64,000 nucleotides of DNA, taken from the NCBI GenBank assembly GCA_963977655.1, contig CAXBPV010000016.1, forward strand, positions 16,960 to 80,959. The letters run 5' to 3'. Below the pieces are notes generated by a model, which saw nothing but the letters and a program-made list of their open reading frames with translations, was not told the DNA's origin and searched no databases. Positions 10,773-17,933 of the stretch are shown piece by piece. The position numbers and the translations under genes were made by a program. Numbering within the stretch: the first letter of the stretch is position 1; each line of letters begins with the position of its first letter. Source of the DNA: an uncultured Halieaceae bacterium (GTDB lineage: Bacteria > Pseudomonadota > Gammaproteobacteria > Pseudomonadales > Halieaceae).

Positions 10773-11078
10773 ATGAATGTCTTACACTTCCCAGCGCTTG
10801 CTGCGTGCCAGTACTGCAGACTATTTCTACTAAAAAGCTACTCAATAGAGTTAATGCTCAGCTTGCTGCACAAAGATGCTGAAGGATTGGACGAGCTCCG
10901 CAAATCCCTTTACTGCAGCGCGCCGCAACTGCCGGCGTTTTTGGAATACATATCACTGCTGGAAAGTAGAGGGTGCGTCACCAGAGTGCATGGCACCTCA
11001 AAAAAAAGTAAGCGCATACTCCAGCTCACTCCAAAAGCACGCAACGCAATTGAAGCCGCGCTTGCAAACTGCACATAA
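10773..11078 (+). CDS. hypothetical winged-helix (MarR/ArsR-like) DNA-binding protein
   Basis: 101 aa in the lower-GC islet. The pattern L.LL....EGLDEL........P....YI.LLE.RG.V.R.......K.L.LT.KA resembles a wHTH. Several overlapping alternative ORFs exist, so coding status is uncertain. Confidence 0.35.
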   Translation: MNVLHFPALAACQYCRLFLLKSYSIELMLSLLHKDAEGLDELRKSLYCSAPQLPAFLEYISLLESRGCVTRVHGTSKKSKRILQLTPKARNAIEAALANCT

Positions 11079-11278
11079 CGCACTTCAACCGCGTACTGAT
11101 ACATCTAATCATCCAGACCAAGTCACATCCATAACCGCTAATACACCACCCGGTAACGTCCTTGTGAGCATGAAGGGTCGAGGTTGGCCAGCTCTTTATT
11201 AGCGTGTTTGGTTTGACGGGTGTGCAGGTGGCGGCAGAGACTAATCGTGACAAGATCAACTGAGCTCGATGCGTACGC

Positions 11279-11557
11279 ATGAAGAACCAACTGCGAAGGC
11301 TGTTATCAGATTTGTTGGCGTGGTGGGCCTTTCTACATGTTTGCTGGATGGCGGTTACATTTTTGCTTTGGGGCGTTATCAACATTTCAGACGAGAATCC
11401 GTTAACGCCTCTCACTGAATCAGTCTATGATTTTTATGCATTTGGCGTATTCAAAATGCAGGGGTGGATAATTCTAGGATTCGCGCCCCTCTGCTGGCTC
11501 ATCAATTTTGTTGCAACAGGGAGTGCTCGCGCATTGCCTTGGCGGCGCACAACATAA
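11279..11557 (+). CDS. hypothetical small membrane protein
   Basis: 92 aa with two or three hydrophobic helices, located in the lower-GC islet. No homology was recognised. Confidence 0.3.
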   Translation: MKNQLRRLLSDLLAWWAFLHVCWMAVTFLLWGVINISDENPLTPLTESVYDFYAFGVFKMQGWIILGFAPLCWLINFVATGSARALPWRRTT

Positions 11558-11608
11558 GCTGTGGATTGAAAAGTCGCTTAGCACCGACACAGGGCCAGGC
11601 ATTGGCTC

Positions 11609-12046
11609 CTACTCCACAGAGACTCTCACTTCGTAGAGGCTATATGTCAGTTTTCCTGCGCCATCTATCACCCCGGCCGCAACCGCTTGCACTCTGTTAA
11701 GCCAAAGATATTTTTCATGGCTTGTTTGGAAGGTTGGCGCGGTCGCGATTTGCCCTGCTTTCATCTCTGCCCTGCCAGAGTACTCAACGTAGATATAGGC
11801 GCCGTCATCGGTCTTTAGCGTAAATCTAACGTCAAGACAGCCCAGCGTTCCATCATCACTGATAGTTAGCCAATCAGCTGCATCATTCGTTGCCAGAGTC
11901 GCTTTTATACGATCACTGTCTACTTCTACCGAGACGACATCGCTGATTAATCGAACACCCTTGGGGCCGGACCCAAGTTCTATTTGGTCACCGAGTTGGG
12001 CCGTTATCGTTCCCATTGGAACAAGCGTTGCGACAGGCTTCATCAC
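11609..12046 (-). CDS. DUF3237 (UPF0311) family protein
   Basis: 145 aa. The beta-barrel-like pattern G.R....V.GG.V.G..I.G.V..GGADW........G....DVR..L.TDDGA.IY..Y.G and the ending Y.LYEV match DUF3237 as remembered. GTG 12046 or ATG 12043 are both possible starts. Confidence 0.65.
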   Translation of the reverse strand: MMKPVATLVPMGTITAQLGDQIELGSGPKGVRLISDVVSVEVDSDRIKATLATNDAADWLTISDDGTLGCLDVRFTLKTDDGAYIYVEYSGRAEMKAGQIATAPTFQTSHEKYLWLNRVQAVAAGVIDGAGKLTYSLYEVRVSVE

Positions 12047-12077
12047 TGCCCTCTCCCATGCAATCCGTTACCAATAA

Positions 12078-12302
12078 CCCTACTCCACACCTCTCTCGTT
12101 TTTCAATCGCCCACCTAAAACCTCATCTGACGGGATAGCTTCGTCAGCAATCACTAAATCGATGCCCGAGGGTGAACTGCGGCTGGATGCAGAGAACGCT
12201 GAGTGGGGCTGGCCCTTACAGCACGGCGACTACGTGATTCGGCTGATGAAAGACGATGGCTATGAGTCGCTCGCAGTTTCCCGCGTCTTCAGCGTTGAAT
12301 AA
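12078..12302 (+). pseudogene. orphan 3' fragment of an unidentified gene (C-terminal beta-domain remnant)
   Basis: The frame is open only from a TAA at 12075 and encodes ...GELRLDAENAEWGWPLQHGDYVIRLMKDDGYESLAVSRVFSVE*. No credible start or RBS. It resembles the C-terminal tail of larger secreted hydrolases. Confidence 0.3.
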
Positions 12303-12394
12303 CACGGCACCATAATGCGAAAGCTGCGTTGCGGGAGCTGAGCTGTCGTCAGCTACAATCAACGCACCCGGGTTAATCGATACAGGAAAACGGC

Positions 12395-12736
12395 ATGAGT
12401 TTTAGCCGCAGAACATTCATACAACTGGGTTCGGTGCCGTTGCTGGGGGCTTGCGTGGACTTGTCGAAGACACCAATCGTCGGGCGCGCGCGTGCCCGCC
12501 AGATGGGCGTTCGCATCGGCTACCTGCCGACGGGTGCTTTCAATGCCATTACCGACGTAGCAGGCGTCGAGGTGGGTCACAGCACCATTATTCGCGGTGA
12601 CGGGGACCTGGTTATTGGCGAAGGGCCGGTACGCACCGGCGTCACGGCGATATGGCCAAACCGCAACATTGTCGATGAATACCTGCCCTGCGGTGTCGAC
12701 GCGCCGAATGGCAATGGGTGGCGACTTATTCCGTGA
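12395..12736 (+). pseudogene. truncated DmpA/P1-family (S58) aminopeptidase: Tat-signal N-terminal third only
   Basis: Twin-arginine signal (SRRTFIQLG), then blocks G.LPTG..NAITDV.GV.VGH.T, GEGPVRTGVTAI.P and NGNG typical of DmpA-type peptidases (normally about 350 aa). The ORF stops after 113 aa, about 220 bp before the IS481 left end. Confidence 0.6.
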
Positions 12737-12954
12737 TTCTTCTCTTCGCAAATTGGGGGCAGTACCCCGGGCGAACGACGAGGCGAACAGGCCCCCCGGG
12801 GTGGTCGATTGCTGGGCGATTGGAGAGGGTGTCGGGCGGTACGCAGGAGGCGCGAGCTAGCACAGCGTGTTGTAACTGTGTTGTAACGGCAGGGTATCGG
12901 AGGCTGTGGCGGCGGGCACCAATTTGACGAAAGCGTTGCTATAGCTGGGATTGA

Positions 12955-12993
12955 GCTTTCGGACACATAGGTACCGTTTTATTCCGGGCACAT
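12955..12993. repeat. left terminal inverted repeat of the IS481-family element
   Basis: See the alignment with 14205-14244. The core cacataggta occurs again at 12990-12999 as an internal half-site. Confidence 0.65.
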
Positions 12994-13028
12994 AGGTTAC
13001 ACATTTCGGCATTTGGAGGGCTCTCCAG

Positions 13029-14219
13029 ATGCCTTGGAATGAGACTAACCACATGGACGAGAGACTTCGTTTTGTTGCCCGTATCCTCGAAGGCGAGAAG
13101 ATGACGGTGGCCTGTCGAGAGTTCGGCATAAGTCGCAAGACCGGCTACAAGATCTACAACCGATACCGGGAAGCCGGTATCAAGGGATTGGAGGACCGCG
13201 CCCGAAGTCCCTATCGCCATCCCAACAAGACCCCGTTTCAGGTGGAAGCCTCGATCCTTCGGATCAAGAGGGAATACAAGAGCTGGGGCGCACCCAAGAT
13301 CCGCGAGAAACTCCTAAAGGAGTTTCCGATGATCAATCCACCCGCTGTCAGTACAATCCATGCAATTCTGGATCGCCACGGTCTAGTGAGTCGACGCAAG
13401 CGTCGCCGCTACAAAGCTCAGGGCACACCGCTGAGCGATGCGGCCTCGCCCAACGAACTTTGGTGCGCCGACTTCAAAGGGCAGTTCCGTCTGGGTAACA
13501 AACACTATTGCTACCCGCTCACGATCACAGACTACCGATCGCGGTATCTCTTGGCCTGCGAAGGGCTGGAGTCTGTGAAGGAGAACGGCGCGTTCCCCGT
13601 GTTTGAGCGCGCCTTCAAGGACTTTGGGCTGCCTGCAGCCATCCGAACCGACAATGGCGTGCCCTTCGCGTCACCTCACGCTCTGTTCGGCCTCAGCAGG
13701 CTTTCCGTCTGGTGGCTGCGACTGGGGATTCGCATCGAGCGCATTAAGCCCGGCTGCCCTCAACAAAACGGGCGGCACGAACGGATGCATCTGACCCTGA
13801 AGAATGAGACCACCAAACCGCCTCGCTACAACATCTTGCAGCAGCAGGAACGGTTCGATGACTTCATCGAGGGTTACAACCAGGACCGTCCGCACTCAGG
13901 CCTGAACGGCCTCTATCCCGCTGAGGTGTATACACCTTCAGCAAGGCCATTCTTCTACCCTGAGACACCCGACTATCCCTTCCATGAGCGCGTCATTCAG
14001 GTGACCCAGTGTGGACGGATTTGCATCGGCCGGCGCAAGATACAGTTCAGTACCGTGTTCGCCGGCCAGTATGTAGGTATTAGAGAGATCGCCGACGAGG
14101 TCTGGCTCGTCAGCTTCATGGAGTATGATCTGGGCTTTTTCGACAGGTCAGTTAACCGAGTAGAGCCCGTGGGGGACAACCCCTTCGCTCAGAAAGTGTT
14201 ACCCATGTCCTCGGAATAA
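13029..14219 (+). CDS. IS481-family DDE transposase (rve integrase core)
   Basis: 396 aa. N-terminal HTH (MDERLRFV....EG..M...CREFGISRKTGYK), DDE core blocks WCADFKG, IRTDNG.PF and NGRHERMH, and a C-terminal DRPH..L....P. This is typical of IS481 transposases. Confidence 0.9.
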   Translation: MPWNETNHMDERLRFVARILEGEKMTVACREFGISRKTGYKIYNRYREAGIKGLEDRARSPYRHPNKTPFQVEASILRIKREYKSWGAPKIREKLLKEFPMINPPAVSTIHAILDRHGLVSRRKRRRYKAQGTPLSDAASPNELWCADFKGQFRLGNKHYCYPLTITDYRSRYLLACEGLESVKENGAFPVFERAFKDFGLPAAIRTDNGVPFASPHALFGLSRLSVWWLRLGIRIERIKPGCPQQNGRHERMHLTLKNETTKPPRYNILQQQERFDDFIEGYNQDRPHSGLNGLYPAEVYTPSARPFFYPETPDYPFHERVIQVTQCGRICIGRRKIQFSTVFAGQYVGIREIADEVWLVSFMEYDLGFFDRSVNRVEPVGDNPFAQKVLPMSSE

Positions 14220-14244
14220 ACTGTTACCTATGTGCCAAGAAAGC
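14205..14244. repeat. right terminal inverted repeat of the IS481-family element (contains the transposase stop codon)
   Basis: The reverse complement aligns with 12955-12993. TAA at 14217-14219 lies inside the repeat. Confidence 0.65.
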
Positions 14245-14256
14245 ACCGGAGAAAAG

Positions 14257-14333
14257 TGGCGGAGCGGACGGGACTCGAACCCGCGACCCCCGGCGTGACA
14301 GGCCGGTATTCTAACCAACTGAACTACCGCTCC
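14257..14333 (-). tRNA. tRNA-Asp: tRNA-Asp (anticodon GTC), CCA encoded
   Basis: The reverse complement GGAGCGGTAGTTCAGTTGGTTAGAATACCGGCCTGTCACGCCGGGGGTCGCGGGTTCGAGTCCCGTCCGCTCCGCCA folds as a cloverleaf. It differs from E. coli tRNA-Asp at only a few positions. Confidence 0.97.
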
Positions 14334-14386
14334 AGGTAGACAATGCTTAACGCATCGGTTGCTGCTTGCCTCTCTATAGAGAGAAG

Positions 14387-14462
14387 TGGTGGGTGATGAC
14401 GGGATCGAACCGCCGACCCTCTGCTTGTAAGGCAGATGCTCTCCCAGCTGAGCTAATCACCC
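14387..14462 (-). tRNA. tRNA-Val: tRNA-Val (anticodon TAC), CCA encoded
   Basis: The reverse complement GGGTGATTAGCTCAGCTGGGAGAGCATCTGCCTTACAAGCAGAGGGTCGGCGGTTCGATCCCGTCATCACCCACCA is nearly identical to E. coli tRNA-Val(UAC). Confidence 0.97.
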
Positions 14463-14479
14463 CCTGACAAGAGACCGGC

Positions 14480-14507
14480 ATTATAGGGATCGAACTCCGA
14501 CTGTCAA
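14480..14507 (-). promoter_or_regulatory. consensus sigma70 promoter of the tRNA-Val/tRNA-Asp operon
   Basis: On the minus strand: TTGACA (14507-14502), a 16-nt spacer, then TATAAT (14485-14480). The -10 element ends about 17 nt upstream of the mature tRNA-Val 5' end (14462). Confidence 0.7.
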
Positions 14508-14610
14508 TGCGCTTTGGAGGGCATTTGGGGTCGCAAAGAGGCAGGCGTGGGCGACTAAAGCGTGTAGAATCGCGATCGTTTTTGGCGCCAGCCCCGAGAT
14601 CACTCCGACA

Positions 14611-14967
14611 ATGGAACTCTACAAGGATTTTCGCTTCGAAGCGGCCCATTTGCTCCCGAAAGTGCCCGAGGGCCACAAGTGTGCTCGCTTACACGGGCAC
14701 TCTTTCAGGGTACGCATCACTGTCTGGGGTGAAATGAACCCGGCAACGGGTTGGATTATAGACTTTGACGACATCCGGCAGGCCTTCGAACCACTGCTGG
14801 AACAGCTGGATCATCACTATCTCAACGAAATCCCGGGCCTTGAGAATCCGACCAGTGAGCATCTCGTTCAGTGGATCTGGGAACGTCTTAAGCCCACTCT
14901 ACCCGAGCTAAAAGAAATCGAAATCAGTGAAACTTGCGATACCGGGTGCCGTTACCGCGGGGACTGA
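14611..14967 (+). CDS. queD: 6-carboxy-5,6,7,8-tetrahydropterin synthase
   Basis: 118 aa. [23 protein letters not shown], then GWIIDF.DI......L...LDH..LNEI and the E..C motif match the QueD/PTPS-I family. Confidence 0.9.
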   Translation: MELYKDFRFEAAHLLPKVPEGHKCARLHGHSFRVRITVWGEMNPATGWIIDFDDIRQAFEPLLEQLDHHYLNEIPGLENPTSEHLVQWIWERLKPTLPELKEIEISETCDTGCRYRGD

Positions 14968-15051
14968 TCCCGCCTCGAAGGAAAAACCCAAAAAAAGTGG
15001 GTTAGACCTATTGCAAAAAATTAACATTCTGTAGTAAGCGATACGCGTTTG

Positions 15052-15060
15052 TTATGCACA
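15052..15060 (+). promoter_or_regulatory. DnaA box, perfect match to TTATNCACA (TTATGCACA)
   Basis: Exact 9-mer read from the sequence. Confidence 0.55.
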
Positions 15061-15161
15061 AAGATAGGGCAACGAGCGATTTGTTGCTATTTAATGACGA
15101 AACCCCACAATCAAATTGATTAGTTTCACTTAACTATTTGATTTAATTATTTTTATAGATA

Positions 15162-15180
15162 TTGGTTAAAATTTAACCAA
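15162..15180. repeat. perfect 19-bp palindrome TTGGTTAAA-A-TTTAACCAA
   Basis: Read directly. Two 9-bp arms with a 1-nt centre, inside the AT-rich core. Confidence 0.9.
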
Positions 15181-15228
15181 TTTGCAATAGATGACGAGTT
15201 AGTTACCTCGGGCTACAAATTGAACAAA

Positions 15229-15237
15229 ATATCCAGA
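15229..15237 (+). promoter_or_regulatory. DnaA-box-like 9-mer ATATCCAGA (7/9)
   Basis: Two mismatches to TTATCCACA. It lies 3 bp upstream of the perfect box at 15241. Confidence 0.25.
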
Positions 15238-15240
15238 GAG

Positions 15241-15249
15241 TTATCCACA
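15241..15249 (+). promoter_or_regulatory. DnaA box, perfect high-affinity consensus TTATCCACA
   Basis: Exact 9-mer read from the sequence. Confidence 0.6.
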
Positions 15250-15254
15250 CAACC

Positions 15255-15263
15255 TGTGGACAG
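15255..15263 (-). promoter_or_regulatory. inverted DnaA-box-like 9-mer (reverse complement CTGTCCACA, 7/9)
   Basis: It lies 5 bp from the perfect box at 15241-15249 and forms a head-to-head pair with it. Confidence 0.35.
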
Positions 15264-15296
15264 TTTTGATGTCTTTCAGCCGCCATACTCGATTGT

Positions 15297-16064
15297 TCAC
15301 GCAAGCAAATACCGTTGAATAACATCACAAACCAGCTCTGGCTGATCTACATGTAACCAATGCCCCGCATCCGGCACGAGCTGAACCCTGCTCTGCGGGA
15401 AACGGCGGCTAATTTCACTCATGTGGTCGGCCGTGATGTACCCGGACTCCCCGCCGCGGAGAAACAGCGTCGGTGTCTGGCACTGCTCCTGACCCGCGGG
15501 CGCAGCCCGCAACTGCTCATAGCCCGCCGCCAAACCCGCAAGATTAAAACGCCATCGGTAACCCCCGGCACTGCCTGTCAGACTCATCAACAGGTAAGCG
15601 CGCACCCCGGGGTCCGGGACAACGTCCACCATCAAGGACTCTGCGGCCGCGCGGCTTGTGCACCCCCCCGCCTCCACCCGCGCCAATACCGCCAAGATCT
15701 CCGCATGGTCAGCGGGGTAACGCACCGGCGCGATGTCCGCCACCACCAGCCGCCTCACCCGAGCAATGCCGCCAAGCGCCAATTGCATCGCCACTTTGCC
15801 CCCCAGCGAGTGTCCTATCACATCGCTCTCGTCAATGTGATTGGAGTTCATCCACGCCACCACGGCGTTTGCATAAGCTTCCAGAGATGCCGACGCAAGC
15901 CATGGAGAACGCCCGTGATCAGGCAGATCCAGGCAATGCACCCGAAAATGAGGCTCAAGCGCTCGTGCAATGCCTCGCAGATTGCTACCCTGACCAAACA
16001 AACCATGCAATAAAATGACATCGCGGCCTTTTCCACCGGACACCGCACGGAGCGAATTGTTCAT
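15297..16064 (-). CDS. alpha/beta-hydrolase, YbfF-like acyl-CoA esterase
   Basis: Start moved to ATG 16064 (AAGGAGG RBS). Blocks ILLHGLFG, DLPDHGRS, nucleophile elbow GHSLGGKVAM, VVADIAP, WRFN and GHW.H parallel E. coli YbfF as remembered. Confidence 0.8.
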   Translation of the reverse strand: MNNSLRAVSGGKGRDVILLHGLFGQGSNLRGIARALEPHFRVHCLDLPDHGRSPWLASASLEAYANAVVAWMNSNHIDESDVIGHSLGGKVAMQLALGGIARVRRLVVADIAPVRYPADHAEILAVLARVEAGGCTSRAAAESLMVDVVPDPGVRAYLLMSLTGSAGGYRWRFNLAGLAAGYEQLRAAPAGQEQCQTPTLFLRGGESGYITADHMSEISRRFPQSRVQLVPDAGHWLHVDQPELVCDVIQRYLLA

Positions 16065-16115
16065 CACCGGCCCTCCTTTGTTAGCATGGTGTCTTATATT
16101 TAAAGGACCGCCAGC

Positions 16116-16952
16116 ATGCGCAGACGCCAACCATCCTCCTTCACCAAGCCATTATTACTCGGCCGCTTTAAAAAGCTCGAACAGTTCTGCGTGACCAGCC
16201 TGCTTATTGCCGGGCTCGCGGCATGTGGCTCGGCCACCGTGGGCGGGGGTTATAACGCCACAACCCCCAGCAATATTTTCGAACCCGCAGTATTCGACCA
16301 ATTGGATAGTCGAATCGTTGTCGTGGCCAACATCAACCTTGGCGTGCCCTCACGTAACTATCTGGCCAAACGAGAGCCCTTCGTCGATGCACGCGTCACC
16401 GAATACCTTGAAAGTGCTGGCTACGACGTGCGCCCGCAAAGAGAGTTCTCGCAACGCTGGAACAACGCCGTGCTCATCTATGGAGACCCCGTCGATCCGA
16501 CCACGGGCCGGGTAAATCAAAAATCCTTTATACAAATAGTGCAGGCGGTACGCGATCAACTTAGACAGCAAACGGACATCGGTAGCATTGTCTTCACCGA
16601 CATCATCGAAAAAGACGTCTATTACGAGCAGGGGCTCAACCGCGTGACCCGCTTCGACGGCGTCACGCGCAAGCCCGCCATACAAGGCGCAGGTAGTGGC
16701 GTCACGGCCGAATTTGATTGGTCGAGGGCCGTGTCAGCGGCTAGCCTACGTGTCGCCTGGTTCAACATGGATCTGGAGCGCCTCTTTTCCGGGGAAGGCG
16801 GCATGGAGGTGACCGATGCAGTTGATACCCGAAGCGGGACGGCGTTCGTCCGACGCCGCGATATATTGGAGAATGAAACCCATATCGACGAGGGGATAGC
16901 GATTGCCTTTCACCCGATCATTCCGATGAAAAACTGGCCGGGCAATCCCTGA
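16116..16952 (+). CDS. hypothetical lipoprotein
   Basis: Lipobox LIAGLAAC after a basic N-terminus. 278 aa. No family was recognised with confidence. Confidence 0.55.
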   Translation: MRRRQPSSFTKPLLLGRFKKLEQFCVTSLLIAGLAACGSATVGGGYNATTPSNIFEPAVFDQLDSRIVVVANINLGVPSRNYLAKREPFVDARVTEYLESAGYDVRPQREFSQRWNNAVLIYGDPVDPTTGRVNQKSFIQIVQAVRDQLRQQTDIGSIVFTDIIEKDVYYEQGLNRVTRFDGVTRKPAIQGAGSGVTAEFDWSRAVSAASLRVAWFNMDLERLFSGEGGMEVTDAVDTRSGTAFVRRRDILENETHIDEGIAIAFHPIIPMKNWPGNP

Positions 16953-17933
16953 TTACGCCAGAGCCTCCAGACCTCTCTCAATGCACCACATCGCGGAGAG
17001 ACCACCTAATACAAAAATAGGCAAGGGTCGCAGGGCGGTCATGCGGTGCTCACCCCACAATCGTGCGCCGACAATAAACAGCAGCACGAGCAGCGCGATA
17101 AAAGCCAGCTGCCCCAGTTCGATCCCGATATTAAAGGCCAGCAGTGCCAAGGGCACGTTTAACTGAGGCAACCCTGTCTCGGCCAAAGCGCCCGCAAAAC
17201 CCATACCGTGGAGCAGGCCAAAACCAGCCGCCAACCACCAGGGCTGCCGCCACAGCGCACCACCCCCGTCGTCACGCGCCAACTCCACCGCAAGCACGTA
17301 AATTGACAGCGCAATCATGAACTCAACTAAAGACACCGGATACTCGAATACACCCAGCGTTACCATAGCGAGCGTAATGCTGTGCCCCACCGTGAAGGCG
17401 GTCACCGTGAGTATTAATCGCCGGTTCCAACCGACCAAAAAAAGAAGACCCATTACAAAAAGCAGGTGGTCCGGGCCCTCCCAGATGTGCTCTGCTCCCA
17501 GCTCAATGTAATCTCGCGTGACGCTACCGGCGGTACCCTCAATGGGCACCACAAAGCGGGGCTCAGCCGCGGTAAACACGGCTTGATGAAAGACATCCTG
17601 CGCCAGATAGAGTCGAAGCAAGGCTGAAGACTGGTTATCCCCCAACCCACTGACCGATAGTGTCTTCCCCACCAAACCGTCAGTGCAGGACAGGTCCATC
17701 TGCATGAGCACACCGGTGCCCTCCTGAATCCACGGAGAAGTTGAGGTAATCTCACAATCAGCCGGAAAAACCGGCTCCATGGGCACGGCGGAAACCTTCT
17801 GTACGGGCGTCTTCCAGGTCGCGTTGAAACTATTCTCGGAGAGCTGCCTAATTTCGAGAAGCGAGGGCGCGAAGCGGTGCGCAGATACCTCTGAGGTAAA
17901 AAGAGCCACGATCAGTAACACCCAGATTCTCAT
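16953..17933 (-). CDS. HupE/UreJ-family membrane protein with an extra N-terminal periplasmic domain
   Basis: Signal peptide, a soluble domain of about 140 aa, then the GPDHLLFVMGLLFLVG motif and five more TM helices typical of HupE/UreJ. Confidence 0.7.
   Translation of the reverse strand: MRIWVLLIVALFTSEVSAHRFAPSLLEIRQLSENSFNATWKTPVQKVSAVPMEPVFPADCEITSTSPWIQEGTGVLMQMDLSCTDGLVGKTLSVSGLGDNQSSALLRLYLAQDVFHQAVFTAAEPRFVVPIEGTAGSVTRDYIELGAEHIWEGPDHLLFVMGLLFLVGWNRRLILTVTAFTVGHSITLAMVTLGVFEYPVSLVEFMIALSIYVLAVELARDDGGGALWRQPWWLAAGFGLLHGMGFAGALAETGLPQLNVPLALLAFNIGIELGQLAFIALLVLLFIVGARLWGEHRMTALRPLPIFVLGGLSAMWCIERGLEALA

Larger units (their letters stand above)
12955..14244 (+). mobile_element. IS481-family insertion sequence, apparently intact (about 1.29 kb); ends approximate to +/-10 bp
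   Basis: A single DDE transposase ORF is flanked by imperfect terminal inverted repeats of about 39-40 bp. Left: gctttcggacacataggtaccgttttattccgggcacat. Reverse complement of right: gctttcttggcacataggtaacagtttattccgaggacat. About 33 positions match. Confidence 0.8.
14968..15296. other. AT-rich non-coding spacer between convergent genes with a DnaA-box cluster (candidate oriC or datA/DARS-like locus)
   Basis: No ORF of 60 aa or more in any frame. The core 15100-15200 is very AT-rich against GC-rich flanks. It contains DnaA boxes, GATT-led 13-mers and a palindrome (see the separate features and the finding). Confidence 0.4.

Noticed and set aside
10876-11415. Overlapping ORFs 10876-11202 (+) and 11026-11415 (-) in the low-GC islet.
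   Set aside because: They are mutually exclusive with each other and with neighbouring candidates. They have odd composition (Cys/Arg/Thr-rich), no RBS and no recognisable domain.
12597-12927. ORFs 12597-12860 and 12718-12927, considered as frameshifted continuations of the truncated DmpA-type peptidase.
   Set aside because: By eye, neither frame shows the conserved blocks expected after NGNG in this family. The region may be heavily degraded pseudogene sequence, but I cannot support a frameshift reconstruction.
14985-15003. Hairpin aaccca-aaaaaag-tgggtt just after queD, considered as its terminator.
   Set aside because: The stem is only 6 bp with three GC pairs, and no T-run follows. This is too weak to call.
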